A DNA stretch of 64,000 nucleotides, taken from positions 37,340-101,339 of the forward strand of contig JBFFML010000004.1 in the NCBI GenBank assembly GCA_041554135.1, given 5' to 3'. Within the stretch, counting starts at the first letter, position 1. Every line of letters starts with the position of its first letter. Source of the DNA: Thermoplasmata archaeon (GTDB lineage: Archaea > Thermoplasmatota > Thermoplasmata > UBA10834). Of the stretch, positions 1 to 8,547 are shown in pieces. The notes under the pieces were generated by a model. That model was not told where the DNA came from. It saw only the letters and a list, made by a program, of their open reading frames with translations, and did no database searches. The translations under genes were made by a program, and so were the position numbers.

Positions 1-4
1 GTCA

Positions 5-424
5 ATGGAACTCAGGGATCTAATCAGTGGTACTCGTCCGGAGATGCTTCCGCCGGAGTCCACGGTCGCGGATGCGCTTGTGCACATGGCGGAGAACAAG
101 ACGGATTTCGTCATAGTGGACAGGAAAGGCGTGGACGACGCATACGGCCTGATATCCCGCTGGGACATCGTGGTGGGACCCATCGCGAACGGTGAGGACC
201 TCTTGGAGATGCCAGCGCTGAGATGCGCGCGCAAGCCCGTGGTCATCATGAACAACCTGGACGTCGATGTCCGCTGGGTGGCCAAGAGGATGGCCAACGA
301 GAACGCTTCGAAGATAATTGTGTTCGACAAGGAGGATCTCGTCGCCGTCGTATCCGACGTCGACATCATGCGGGCAGTGTCCTCGGAGGCGGCCGCCAGA
401 GGAGAGAAGGAGGGAGAGCGATGA
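5..424 (+). CDS. CBS-domain pair protein (may be 5'-truncated by the window edge)
   Basis: 139-aa ORF with two CBS-like halves (DFVIVDRKGVDDAYGLISRWDIV and ASKIIVFDKEDLVAVVSDVDIM). Its stop overlaps the next start in ATGA at 421-424. Confidence 0.7.
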   Translation: MELRDLISGTRPEMLPPESTVADALVHMAENKTDFVIVDRKGVDDAYGLISRWDIVVGPIANGEDLLEMPALRCARKPVVIMNNLDVDVRWVAKRMANENASKIIVFDKEDLVAVVSDVDIMRAVSSEAAARGEKEGER

Positions 425-867
425 ATGTGGACCGGCTTTGCCTGAGGGATGTCGTGAAGACGTTCGAACTCCCGATCATCGCGCCCGACGCCTCGATCCT
501 GGACGCCGTGAACAAGATGCTGGAGGCGAACTGTTACACGCTCCTCGTCCCGAGGGACAACAAGACCGACGCGTACGGCATCATCACCAAGAGGGATGTC
601 GTGTCCAAAGTCATCGCCGAAGGGAGGGACCCCGCCGGGGTGAAGGTCCGCGAATGCATGTCCAAGCCACTCGTACTCCTGACCAACCTCTCCCTCGACC
701 TCCGCTGGGTCGCCAAGGCGATGGCGAACTCGCGCGTGGCCACGATTGCGGTCTTTGAGAAGGGGGACTTCTATGGCTACGTCACCGAGTCGTGCATTCT
801 TGACGGCATATACCACGCAATGAGACGCGCCAAGATAGAGGACGGGGTCGAGTTCGTCTCGTGTTGA
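421..867 (+). CDS. CBS-domain pair protein (paralog of the preceding gene)
   Basis: Internal ATG at 421 of track ORF 223..867 (MNVDRLCLRD...). The track's N-terminal extension is Arg/Gly-rich off-frame noise. CBS-like segments are YTLLVPRDNKTDAYGIITKRDVV and VATIAVFEKGDFYGYVTESCIL. The motif DLRWVAKAMAN is shared with gene 1 (DVRWVAKRMAN). Confidence 0.7.
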   Translation: MNVDRLCLRDVVKTFELPIIAPDASILDAVNKMLEANCYTLLVPRDNKTDAYGIITKRDVVSKVIAEGRDPAGVKVRECMSKPLVLLTNLSLDLRWVAKAMANSRVATIAVFEKGDFYGYVTESCILDGIYHAMRRAKIEDGVEFVSC

Positions 868-892
868 GCTGGTCCCGGTTCTGCCAAGGAGT

Positions 893-2680
893 GTGACGCA
901 CATGGAAGGAAGCAGTGACGAGCCAAAGGTTGGGAGGAAGGTCGCCGCGTACCTCTGTGGTTGCAGAGGGGCGATCTCGGACAGAATCGACCTCGAATCG
1001 ATCGCGAAGGAGCTCGGTGAGGACCCGGACATAGTCACGGTGGCGGTCCACGAGGCCCTTTGCTCAAGAGACGGGCAGAAGTTCCTGAAGGAGGAACGGG
1101 CGGCGAAGGAGTTCGACCGGGTGGCGGTCGCGGCTTGCTCCCCCAACATACAGGGCCTGATAATCAGCCGGTCGCTCGAGGAGGAGGGGTTGAACAGATA
1201 CCTCTTCGAACAGGTGAACATAAGGGAGCAATGCGCATGGTCTCACACTGACAAGGCGCAGGCGACCGAGAAGGCGCGGAGGCTCGTATTCGGCGCGATC
1301 GCGAGGGCCCGGGAGCTCGAGCCGTTGGAGGACATCGAGGTGCCCATACTGCCCTCGGCGTTGGTGATCGGAGGCGGCGTGACGGGCATGCAGGCGGCCT
1401 TGGACATCGCCGGGGCAGGGTTCAAGGTCCACCTAGTCGAGCGGTCGGGGGAGCTAGGGGGACGGGCCTACAAACTGAGCATGACGTTCCCGACGCACAA
1501 CTGTGGCATATGCTGCATGCAGTACTGCAAGGAATGCGTCTTCACGCCGAAGATAGAGGATGTCCTGCAGAACGAGAACATAGAAGTGCTCCTCGACTCC
1601 GAAGTCGAGGACATGACGGGCGGCTTCGGGAAGAGGCACGTGAAGGTCAAGACGCCCGAGGGGGAGAAGGAGTTCGATGTCGGCACCATAATCGTGGCGA
1701 CGGGCTCGAAGACCTTCGACCCGAGCAGGATCCCGGAGCTGAGGTACGAGAAGGATGACGTCATAACAACCGTGGAGCTCGAGCAGCTGATAGTCGACCA
1801 GCGCGACAAAGGCGGAGGGCTCAAGCGGCCCTCCGACGGGAAGACGCCGAAGACCATCAACTTCATACAATGCGTCGGCTCCCGGGACAAGGTCAAGGGC
1901 AACCTGCACTGCTCGCTCGTCTGCTGCACGTATGCCATCGGCCAGGCGAGGGAGATAAAGCGCCTCCTGCCCGACGCCGATGTGTACATACACTACATAG
2001 ACCTCCGGGGACCGTACCGTGGGTTCGAGGAGTTCTACGACCAGGCGAAGGAGGAGGGCATCAACTTCGTGCGGGGGAGGTTGTCGGAGATCATCGACGA
2101 CAAGGGACAGCTGTATGTCAGGGCCCTCGACACCGACTCCGACACGCTGCTGAACATAAAGTCCGACCTTGTCGTGCTCACCGTGGGCCAGGAACCCGCT
2201 GACGGCAGCGACGAGATATCGAAGATGCTGCACATCCAGACGGACATCGACAAGTTCATGAAAGACATCAACCCGATGTTCCCGTCAGAGTTCAGGAGGG
2301 GTGTATATGTCGCGGGCACGGCCCAAGGACCGAAGGGTATCAGGTACTCCATCGAAGACGCGAAGGCGGCGGCGGCCAGTGCCGTGGACCTGATGGAGAA
2401 GGGCAAGATAAGGTTCCCCAGGATAGTCGCCTTCGTCGACGAGGAGAGATGCCGTGGCTGCGGGAGATGCAGGGACACGTGCGAGTACGGCGCCATAACC
2501 CTCGAGGAGGACGCCGAGCGAGGCGTGAAGGTGTCGCGCGTGGACGAGATCGTCTGTGAGGGTTGCGGCGCGTGCGCTACCGTGTGCTGCAACAAGGCGA
2601 TAACGATAAACACTTTCAAGCGGGAGCAGGTGGAGGCGCAGATCCGCGCGATGCTACAGGAGGCTGAGGCCGATGGCTGA
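893..2680 (+). CDS. hdrA: Heterodisulfide reductase subunit A-like flavoprotein (HdrA)
   Basis: FAD-binding fold VIGGGVTGMQAALDIAGAG and the HdrA-typical IQCVGSRD motif. Two C-terminal ferredoxin motifs, CRGCGRCRDTC and CEGCGACATVC. GTG at 893, with an alternative ATG at 902. Confidence 0.85.
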   Translation: MTHMEGSSDEPKVGRKVAAYLCGCRGAISDRIDLESIAKELGEDPDIVTVAVHEALCSRDGQKFLKEERAAKEFDRVAVAACSPNIQGLIISRSLEEEGLNRYLFEQVNIREQCAWSHTDKAQATEKARRLVFGAIARARELEPLEDIEVPILPSALVIGGGVTGMQAALDIAGAGFKVHLVERSGELGGRAYKLSMTFPTHNCGICCMQYCKECVFTPKIEDVLQNENIEVLLDSEVEDMTGGFGKRHVKVKTPEGEKEFDVGTIIVATGSKTFDPSRIPELRYEKDDVITTVELEQLIVDQRDKGGGLKRPSDGKTPKTINFIQCVGSRDKVKGNLHCSLVCCTYAIGQAREIKRLLPDADVYIHYIDLRGPYRGFEEFYDQAKEEGINFVRGRLSEIIDDKGQLYVRALDTDSDTLLNIKSDLVVLTVGQEPADGSDEISKMLHIQTDIDKFMKDINPMFPSEFRRGVYVAGTAQGPKGIRYSIEDAKAAAASAVDLMEKGKIRFPRIVAFVDEERCRGCGRCRDTCEYGAITLEEDAERGVKVSRVDEIVCEGCGACATVCCNKAITINTFKREQVEAQIRAMLQEAEADG

Positions 2681-4343
2681 CGAGACGAAGGGGGCGTTCG
2701 AGCCGGAAATCGTGGCGTTCACCTGCACCTGGTGTGGATACCCATCCGCGAACCTCGCCGGCGTGAACAAGATCGAGTACCCTCCCAACGTCAAGATCGT
2801 CCGCGTGATGTGCAGCGGGAGCGTCGAGCCCGGGATCATCATGGACGCCTTCGAGCACGGGGCCCACGGAGTGATAATCATCGGCTGCCTGATGGACAAC
2901 TGCCACTATGTCTCGGGGAACAAGAAGGCCGAGGAGAGGGTGGAGGCGCTGAAGGAGCTGTTCGACGTGATGGGCCTCGACTCGCGAAGGCTCAGGACAG
3001 AGTGGATCAACGCATCCGAGAGGACCAAGTTCGCGAAAGCGGTGCGCGACTTCGTGGATGAGGTCAGGGAGCTGGGACCGATCCCGCTGAAGACCACGGC
3101 GGCGAAGGAGAAGCCGACTCAGGAGGAGACGAAGGCCGAGGTCAAACAGCTCATCGAGGACACCGGTGCGTTCGATTGCGTCGAGTGCGGCAAGTGCACG
3201 ACCGTTTGCCCTATCGCCAGCTACGACCCCGACTTCGCTCCCAGGACCATAGTGCTCCGCGCGATGGAGGGCATAGTCGAGAACATCGCGAACGACCGGG
3301 ACATATGGACATGCTTCGCGTGCGAACAGTGCAACGCGATGTGCCCGTACAAGGTGGACTACTCTGGTTTCATACGCGGCATGAGGGAGGAGGCCGTGAG
3401 ATACGGCGCCGCCCCGTTGTGCTCTCAAGGCGGCCTGATACACTCCGCGCAGCGCCTCATGGCCAACACCGACCTCAAGCAGGACAGGCTCAGATGGGTG
3501 AAGGAGGACATGAGCGTCGCTGACAAGGGCGACGTGTTCTACTTCGTCGGCTGCCTCCCGCACTACGACGCCATCTTCAAGGAGCTGGAGGACCTGAGGC
3601 TGCTGGACATCTGCGAGAGCGCGGTCCGAATCATGAACAAGGCTGGCGTCACTCCCGTAGTGAGCAACGAGGAGAAGTGTTGCGGGCACGACCTGAACTG
3701 GACGGGCAACGAGAACGACTTCGAGAAGCTGATGGAGTACAACATCGACCTCATCAAGAGGTCCGGGGCCAAGAAGGTCGTGTTCACGTGCCCCGAATGC
3801 TACAGGACGATGAACGCCGACTACCAGGACCTCATGGGGGACCTGGACTTCGAGATGGTCCACATATCCGACTACGTGAAGGAGCTGATGGACTCCGGAG
3901 CGATCAAGAAGGAGGACTTCTCCAAGGCGCCGTACACGTTCACATACCACGACTCCTGCAGGCTTGGGAGGCATTCGAGCGTCTACGACAGCCCCCGCGA
4001 GCTCGCGGATGCGTTCTCCGGCGGAAAGTACGTCGAGATGGAGAGGACGCGGGACAAGGCCGTCTGCTGCGGCGTAAGCGCGTGGTCGAACTGCAACGCC
4101 CAGACCAAGAAGATGCAGCTCGACAGGCTTCGGGAGGCGAAGAAGGCTGGCGCGGACAGAATGCTCATGTTCTGTCCCAAGTGTCAGGTCCATTACAGTT
4201 GCGCCGTGCGGGACGAGGTGCCGTGCGACAAGTCCGAAGTGGAAGTGGGGATCGAGGACTTCACGGTCGCGATGGCCCGGCTGCTCTCGCTCATGGAGGA
4301 ACCAGAGAAGAAGGTGACGCCCCAGGCGAAGGCCGAGGAGTGA
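2673..4343 (+). CDS. Fusion protein: MvhD-like domain + HdrC-like 2x[4Fe-4S] + HdrB-like double CCG domain
   Basis: N-terminus resembles MvhD (VAFTCTWCGYPSANLAG...VRVMCSG...IIIGC). Middle carries CVECGKCTTVCP and CFACEQCNAMCP. C-terminal half has two CCG motifs (EEKCCGHD, DKAVCCGVS). The ATG at 2673 overlaps the hdrA stop by 8 nt. Confidence 0.8.
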   Translation: MADETKGAFEPEIVAFTCTWCGYPSANLAGVNKIEYPPNVKIVRVMCSGSVEPGIIMDAFEHGAHGVIIIGCLMDNCHYVSGNKKAEERVEALKELFDVMGLDSRRLRTEWINASERTKFAKAVRDFVDEVRELGPIPLKTTAAKEKPTQEETKAEVKQLIEDTGAFDCVECGKCTTVCPIASYDPDFAPRTIVLRAMEGIVENIANDRDIWTCFACEQCNAMCPYKVDYSGFIRGMREEAVRYGAAPLCSQGGLIHSAQRLMANTDLKQDRLRWVKEDMSVADKGDVFYFVGCLPHYDAIFKELEDLRLLDICESAVRIMNKAGVTPVVSNEEKCCGHDLNWTGNENDFEKLMEYNIDLIKRSGAKKVVFTCPECYRTMNADYQDLMGDLDFEMVHISDYVKELMDSGAIKKEDFSKAPYTFTYHDSCRLGRHSSVYDSPRELADAFSGGKYVEMERTRDKAVCCGVSAWSNCNAQTKKMQLDRLREAKKAGADRMLMFCPKCQVHYSCAVRDEVPCDKSEVEVGIEDFTVAMARLLSLMEEPEKKVTPQAKAEE

Positions 4344-4414
4344 CGGACGACTTCACGCCGCACCGCATCCGCGGACCACTCGCACTGGCGCGGGCCCGCG
4401 AGATCGCGTCGGCA

Positions 4415-6085
4415 TCACTTGCGCTTCTGTCTCGACCTGTCGAAGACGACCTCGCCCGCGAGCACGGTCTTCAGTACGTATATGGATGACCCGAGGGACC
4501 GAGGCTCCTTGAACGGGTCCGCCGAGAGAACGGCGAAGTCCGCGGCCTTCCCGACCGAGATTGTGCCCTTGAACCCCTCCTCGAACGAGGCATAGGCGGC
4601 CTCCTTCGTGTAGCACATGAAGGCGTCCTCCTGACTCAGCCGCTGACACGGGTATGTCGCGTTGACCGCGGACGCGATGCCGTACAGCGGGGAGAACGGC
4701 ATGCAGTCGGACCCGAAGACGAGTCTGACCTTCGCGGCGAGCACGTCGGCGAACGGGTTGTTCCTACACGCCCTCTCCGCGCCCAACCTCTCAACGTACA
4801 TCCCGTCGATGCCACTCCACTCGCCGATGAAATTGGGCTGCATGGACGCTATGATCCTGTTCTTCCTCATGCGCTTAAGATGGTCCTCCCGGGGCAGTTC
4901 CAGGTGCTCGATCCGGTGCCTGTGGTCCCTGCGTCTTCCGTCGGCGAGCGCTCGCTCGATGGAGCTAAGAGCGACCTCGATGCCCTCATCGCCTATCGCG
5001 TGGATCGCGAGCTGCACTCCTGCCTCCTCGGCCTTCGCCGCCATGTCCGCCATCTCCTGCTCGGAGTGGACGAACATGCCCTTGTTCCCCGGGTCGTCGG
5101 TGAACGGTTCGGAAAGCGCGGCCGTCCTTGCGCCAAGGGCGCCGTCGCAGAATATCTTCATCCCTCCGAGCTTCAGCCACTCCGAGCCCATACCCGTCGT
5201 CTGGCCGATGGCCGCGAGAGCGTCTATGTGCTTAGAAGGCACGTTGAACCACACCCTCACTCCCAGCGTGCCGTTCCTCTCGGCCTCGCGGAATTGGCGG
5301 AAATGGTCCATGTCGCCGTTGTCCTGGACCGATGTCACACCGAGGGAGTGAGCACGCTTCACCGCGAGACGGAGCCCCTTGTTCCTCCTCGTCTTGTCCG
5401 GGGCGGTCGCAGCCCTCAGCACGCCTACCCCCTCCTCGGTCACTATCCCGGTCAACTCTCCGGATCCGGAAGTCTCAGCACCGGGCGTGTCGGGTGAGAT
5501 GCCCGCACGGTCGATGCCCATCGAATTGACGGAGGAGAGATGACCGCATATCCTGTGAGCGACCGCAGGATGGTCAGGGCAGCACTCATCGAGGTCCCCT
5601 CTCGTTATGAACCTCGCCTGCGCCCAGCTGCTGTCGCGGTAGTTCGTGCCTATGATCCATTCCCCAGGAGGTGTCGTCTTCGTCGCACGTCTCATCATGC
5701 TCAACGCGTGGTCCAGCGACTCCGCCCCGAAGAGGTCGACATTGAGGGCATCGACACCCATCTGAAGGAAGTGCGTGTGACTGTCGATGAATCCGGGGAC
5801 GACGACCTTACCACCGACGTCGAGTTTGTAGCAGCCTCTCGGAGCCGACCTCTTCACCTCGTCGTCCGTCCCGACCGCGATGATCCTCCCATCCGCTATC
5901 GCCACCGCGCGGACGGTCTTCCTGCCATCTCCGAAGGTCACGAACTTCCCGTTGTAAAGGACGGCATCTGCGCATCTCGCATCCACAGAATCACTCTCGC
6001 AATAGGATGTCCGTCCACGCATATTATGCTTGACCGCGCGCCAAGTGCGATATGCGAGCGGGCGAGGAGGATCACTTCCTCCCAA
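4415..6085 (-). CDS. Metal-dependent amidohydrolase (Amidohydro_3-like)
   Basis: GFIDSHTHF metal-binding HxH, plus AIHAIGD, HRIEHLE and FGSDCMP. An alternative start at 6022 (MRGRTSY) would remove the 14-nt overlap with the upstream GTPase gene. Confidence 0.7.
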   Translation of the reverse strand: MGGSDPPRPLAYRTWRAVKHNMRGRTSYCESDSVDARCADAVLYNGKFVTFGDGRKTVRAVAIADGRIIAVGTDDEVKRSAPRGCYKLDVGGKVVVPGFIDSHTHFLQMGVDALNVDLFGAESLDHALSMMRRATKTTPPGEWIIGTNYRDSSWAQARFITRGDLDECCPDHPAVAHRICGHLSSVNSMGIDRAGISPDTPGAETSGSGELTGIVTEEGVGVLRAATAPDKTRRNKGLRLAVKRAHSLGVTSVQDNGDMDHFRQFREAERNGTLGVRVWFNVPSKHIDALAAIGQTTGMGSEWLKLGGMKIFCDGALGARTAALSEPFTDDPGNKGMFVHSEQEMADMAAKAEEAGVQLAIHAIGDEGIEVALSSIERALADGRRRDHRHRIEHLELPREDHLKRMRKNRIIASMQPNFIGEWSGIDGMYVERLGAERACRNNPFADVLAAKVRLVFGSDCMPFSPLYGIASAVNATYPCQRLSQEDAFMCYTKEAAYASFEEGFKGTISVGKAADFAVLSADPFKEPRSLGSSIYVLKTVLAGEVVFDRSRQKRK

Positions 6086-6644
6086 TCATCTCGCTGACGA
6101 GCGTCACGAACGCCTGCTCGACGTTGTGTCCCGTCTTCGCTGATGTCAGCATCGACGGCGCGTCGTGCTTCCTGGCGAAGTTCTCCAAGTCATCGATCGT
6201 GATCCTGCTCTCTTCCTTGAGATCGGACTTGTTACCGAGGAACACGACAGGTATCTTACCCGTCGTTGCGGTCATCGCCTTCATCCAATACCGGAGCTCG
6301 TTGAGGCTCTCTTTACTGGTGACGTCGCATATCGCGATCGAGCCCTGAGCGCCGTAGAAGTATGCTTCCCTGAGGACTTCTCGGAAGCTCGGTTGACCCA
6401 TGATGTCCCATATGAGGAGCGTGACTGTCTCAGGCTTTCCCGTCTCGGGATTGTCGATCTGGACGTCTTTCTTCGTCACCTTGGTCCCTATGGTCGCGAT
6501 GTACTTGTCGTCGAACACGTCGAGGACATAGCGACGAATCAAGCTGGTCTTGCCGACGCCGACATCACCGACGAGACATATCTTCAGTTTCCTCTTATCG
6601 TCATCCTCGGTCAATTCACTCCACTTCCGAAACCTATGTCCCAT
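6072..6644 (-). CDS. Ras/Rab-like small GTPase
   Basis: All G-boxes are visible: G1 GDVGVGKTS, G3 WDIMGQ, G4 GNKSDL, G5 TSAK. Length 190 aa. Confidence 0.8.
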   Translation of the reverse strand: MGHRFRKWSELTEDDDKRKLKICLVGDVGVGKTSLIRRYVLDVFDDKYIATIGTKVTKKDVQIDNPETGKPETVTLLIWDIMGQPSFREVLREAYFYGAQGSIAICDVTSKESLNELRYWMKAMTATTGKIPVVFLGNKSDLKEESRITIDDLENFARKHDAPSMLTSAKTGHNVEQAFVTLVSEMIGRK

Positions 6645-6894
6645 GTATGTCGTGCGGAAGCTAAAAGGTTTTCACTTGTCCGCGCTCGCACGACGATGTC
6701 CGTCGGATGCGAACGCGGTCGCGATCATAGACGCCGACGTCAATATCAAAATGCGGAAACTGATGAAAAGACACTTATTATACAAATGCATTTACATAAT
6801 CAAGGATGCATCAAAAAAGCGACTTCTTGTTCGCAGACACAACAGATAGCGGACAGGATATGATGCATCGCGGTAACCTTGCGCCATCACGACA

Positions 6895-7062
6895 ATGAAG
6901 GAACCCGTGAAGAAACGCAACAGGAGGAAAAACCAAATGTCTTGCGGAAAGTGTGGCAAGAAGACAAAGAAGAAGGCTGCCAAGAAGAAGCCAGCCAAGA
7001 AGAAGGCTGCCAAGAAGAAGCCAGCCAAAAAGAAAGCCACCAAGAAAAAGAAGAAGAAGTGA
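6895..7062 (+). CDS. Small (55 aa) lysine-rich basic protein with a single CxxC, not in the ORF track
   Basis: My own translation of the third + frame: MKEPVKKRNRRKNQMSCGKCGKKTKKKAAKKKPAKKKAAKKKPAKKKATKKKKKK*. It is below the track's size cut-off. It sits alone in a 690-bp AT-rich intergenic gap, and its (A/P)KKK tail resembles the tail of the gene at 17008-17805. Confidence 0.4.
   Translation: MKEPVKKRNRRKNQMSCGKCGKKTKKKAAKKKPAKKKAAKKKPAKKKATKKKKKK
6967..7026 (+). repeat. Perfect 30-bp tandem duplication (aagaagaaggctgccaagaagaagccagcc x2) encoding KKKAAKKKPA
   Basis: Read directly from the sequence. A degenerate third copy follows. Confidence 0.8.
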
Positions 7063-7335
7063 AGCTGTCCGAGCACCCGACCGAAGGTCGATTGAGACGG
7101 ACGGTGTAAGAGAGGTATATCCAAAAGGTCGAGGCGGAACTCGAAAGGAAGTCGTGCGTCGCCGGATGAACGAAGCTCACACGGGCAAGGCGTGAGGGAT
7201 TCTCTGTTCGGCGGGCATACCTTGACTTCTTGGTGAACCTCAGCAAACTCTTTTCTTCTCTCTTTCTCTTCTTCTACTCGCCTTGACCATGCTCGACGGA
7301 AATCAAGTTAAGCGCGAGCGTCATTCGCCCCCCTG

Positions 7336-8547
7336 ATGAGCACTGGCGGCAGGGATAGGCGACTGCTTTTCGTGATCAGCTACCATCACGCATGCAACGA
7401 TGGCGCGCTGATAGCCCTCGTCGCCCTGATACCGATACTAGTCGAGGACCTCCGACTGACATACACCGAGGTCGGGATCCTCGGGCTCGGCCTGCTCATC
7501 ACAGTCGTGGTGCAGCTCGTCGTGGGGAGAGCGGCGGACCGGAGGCTTTCGAGCCACTTGCTCGAGATGGGCGCGATGCTGATGGCGCTCTCGTTCGTCC
7601 TGATACTGTTCGTCTCGGACTTCACAGGCCTGTTCCTTGCAGTCATACTCATGAGGGTCGGCGCGAGCTTCTACCATCCCGTGGGCATCTCCTGGATAAC
7701 GAGGGAGTATTCGGGGTCGTACCTCGACACGGCCCTCGGCGTCCAGAGTGGCATCGGCAATTTCGGCGTGATCGCGTCGCTCGCGTCCTCGGGTTTCTTG
7801 GGAGAGATGTTCGGATGGAAGATGCCATGCGCCCTCTGGGCCGTGCTTAACCTGGTGGCGGTGGTGTTAGGCATGACGCTGACCAGGGGGAGGCCCGGGA
7901 CGGAAAGCAGCGCGCGACCAAGGGAAACGGCGAGCGTCAGACAGACGATATCGAAGATTGGCGTGTTCGGCGCGCCGTTGGCGGCAGGCGGCGCACTGTA
8001 CGGCGTGACGACATACTACGGACCGCTCAACCTCACGACGATGCACGGATGGGGACCCGGCATGGCCGATCTCATGTTCGCGCTCTGGCTCGCGGTCGGG
8101 ACCGCCTCGTCCTATTCCTTCGGGAGGATCAGCGTCATCTTCGGGAGAGAGACGATCGTCAGAGCAGGATACATCGTATCCGCGATTGCGTTGCTCGCGC
8201 TCTTCTTCGTCTCGGACTGGTATCTGATAGCCCCCGTGCTCATGCTCTACGGCGCGACGCTCTTCCTCACATACCCCGCGCTCTTCGCATTGGTCAGCGA
8301 GCGAACCGGGATGGAGGAGCGCGGAACCGCGTTCGGCATCGTCTTCTCGTTCCAGCTCGGCGGCGGTGCGGCGGTCGTGTACGTATGCGGGCTGGTCGCC
8401 GACGCGTTCGGCGACCCGTCGTACGCTTTCATCGTGGCGGCGGCGTTCACCGCCGCTTCTCTACCAACGATCCTCAGAAGACGGGGACAGCGAAAGCCTG
8501 AAGCGGAGGATGTCTCAGAGCCGACGGTCCCGCTCATACCATCTTGA
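7336..8547 (+). CDS. MFS-type transporter
   Basis: 403 aa with about 12 hydrophobic segments. MFS-like loop motif GRAADRR after the second helix. Confidence 0.7.
   Translation: MSTGGRDRRLLFVISYHHACNDGALIALVALIPILVEDLRLTYTEVGILGLGLLITVVVQLVVGRAADRRLSSHLLEMGAMLMALSFVLILFVSDFTGLFLAVILMRVGASFYHPVGISWITREYSGSYLDTALGVQSGIGNFGVIASLASSGFLGEMFGWKMPCALWAVLNLVAVVLGMTLTRGRPGTESSARPRETASVRQTISKIGVFGAPLAAGGALYGVTTYYGPLNLTTMHGWGPGMADLMFALWLAVGTASSYSFGRISVIFGRETIVRAGYIVSAIALLALFFVSDWYLIAPVLMLYGATLFLTYPALFALVSERTGMEERGTAFGIVFSFQLGGGAAVVYVCGLVADAFGDPSYAFIVAAAFTAASLPTILRRRGQRKPEAEDVSEPTVPLIPS

Noticed and set aside
2616-4193. 525-aa minus-strand ORF
   Set aside because: It is entirely antisense to the MvhD-HdrC-HdrB fusion gene, which has unmistakable Fe-S and CCG motifs. 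Its translation is a Leu/Val/Arg/His/Pro-rich string with no motifs. This is the typical GC-rich shadow ORF.
6786-6868. Three ATGCAT palindromes (6786, 6806, 6863) upstream of the small basic ORF
   Set aside because: 6-bp palindromes in an AT-rich spacer are easily explained by chance, and there is no extended symmetry around them.
6792-7246. Phe-rich (6792..7124), Ser/Trp-rich (6887..7246), Glu/Gln-rich (6879..7109) and Arg-rich (6953..7195) ORFs
   Set aside because: All are frame or strand shadows of the AAG-rich repeat. None resembles a real protein class, so I favour the unlisted Lys-rich frame (6895-7062), itself with only moderate confidence.
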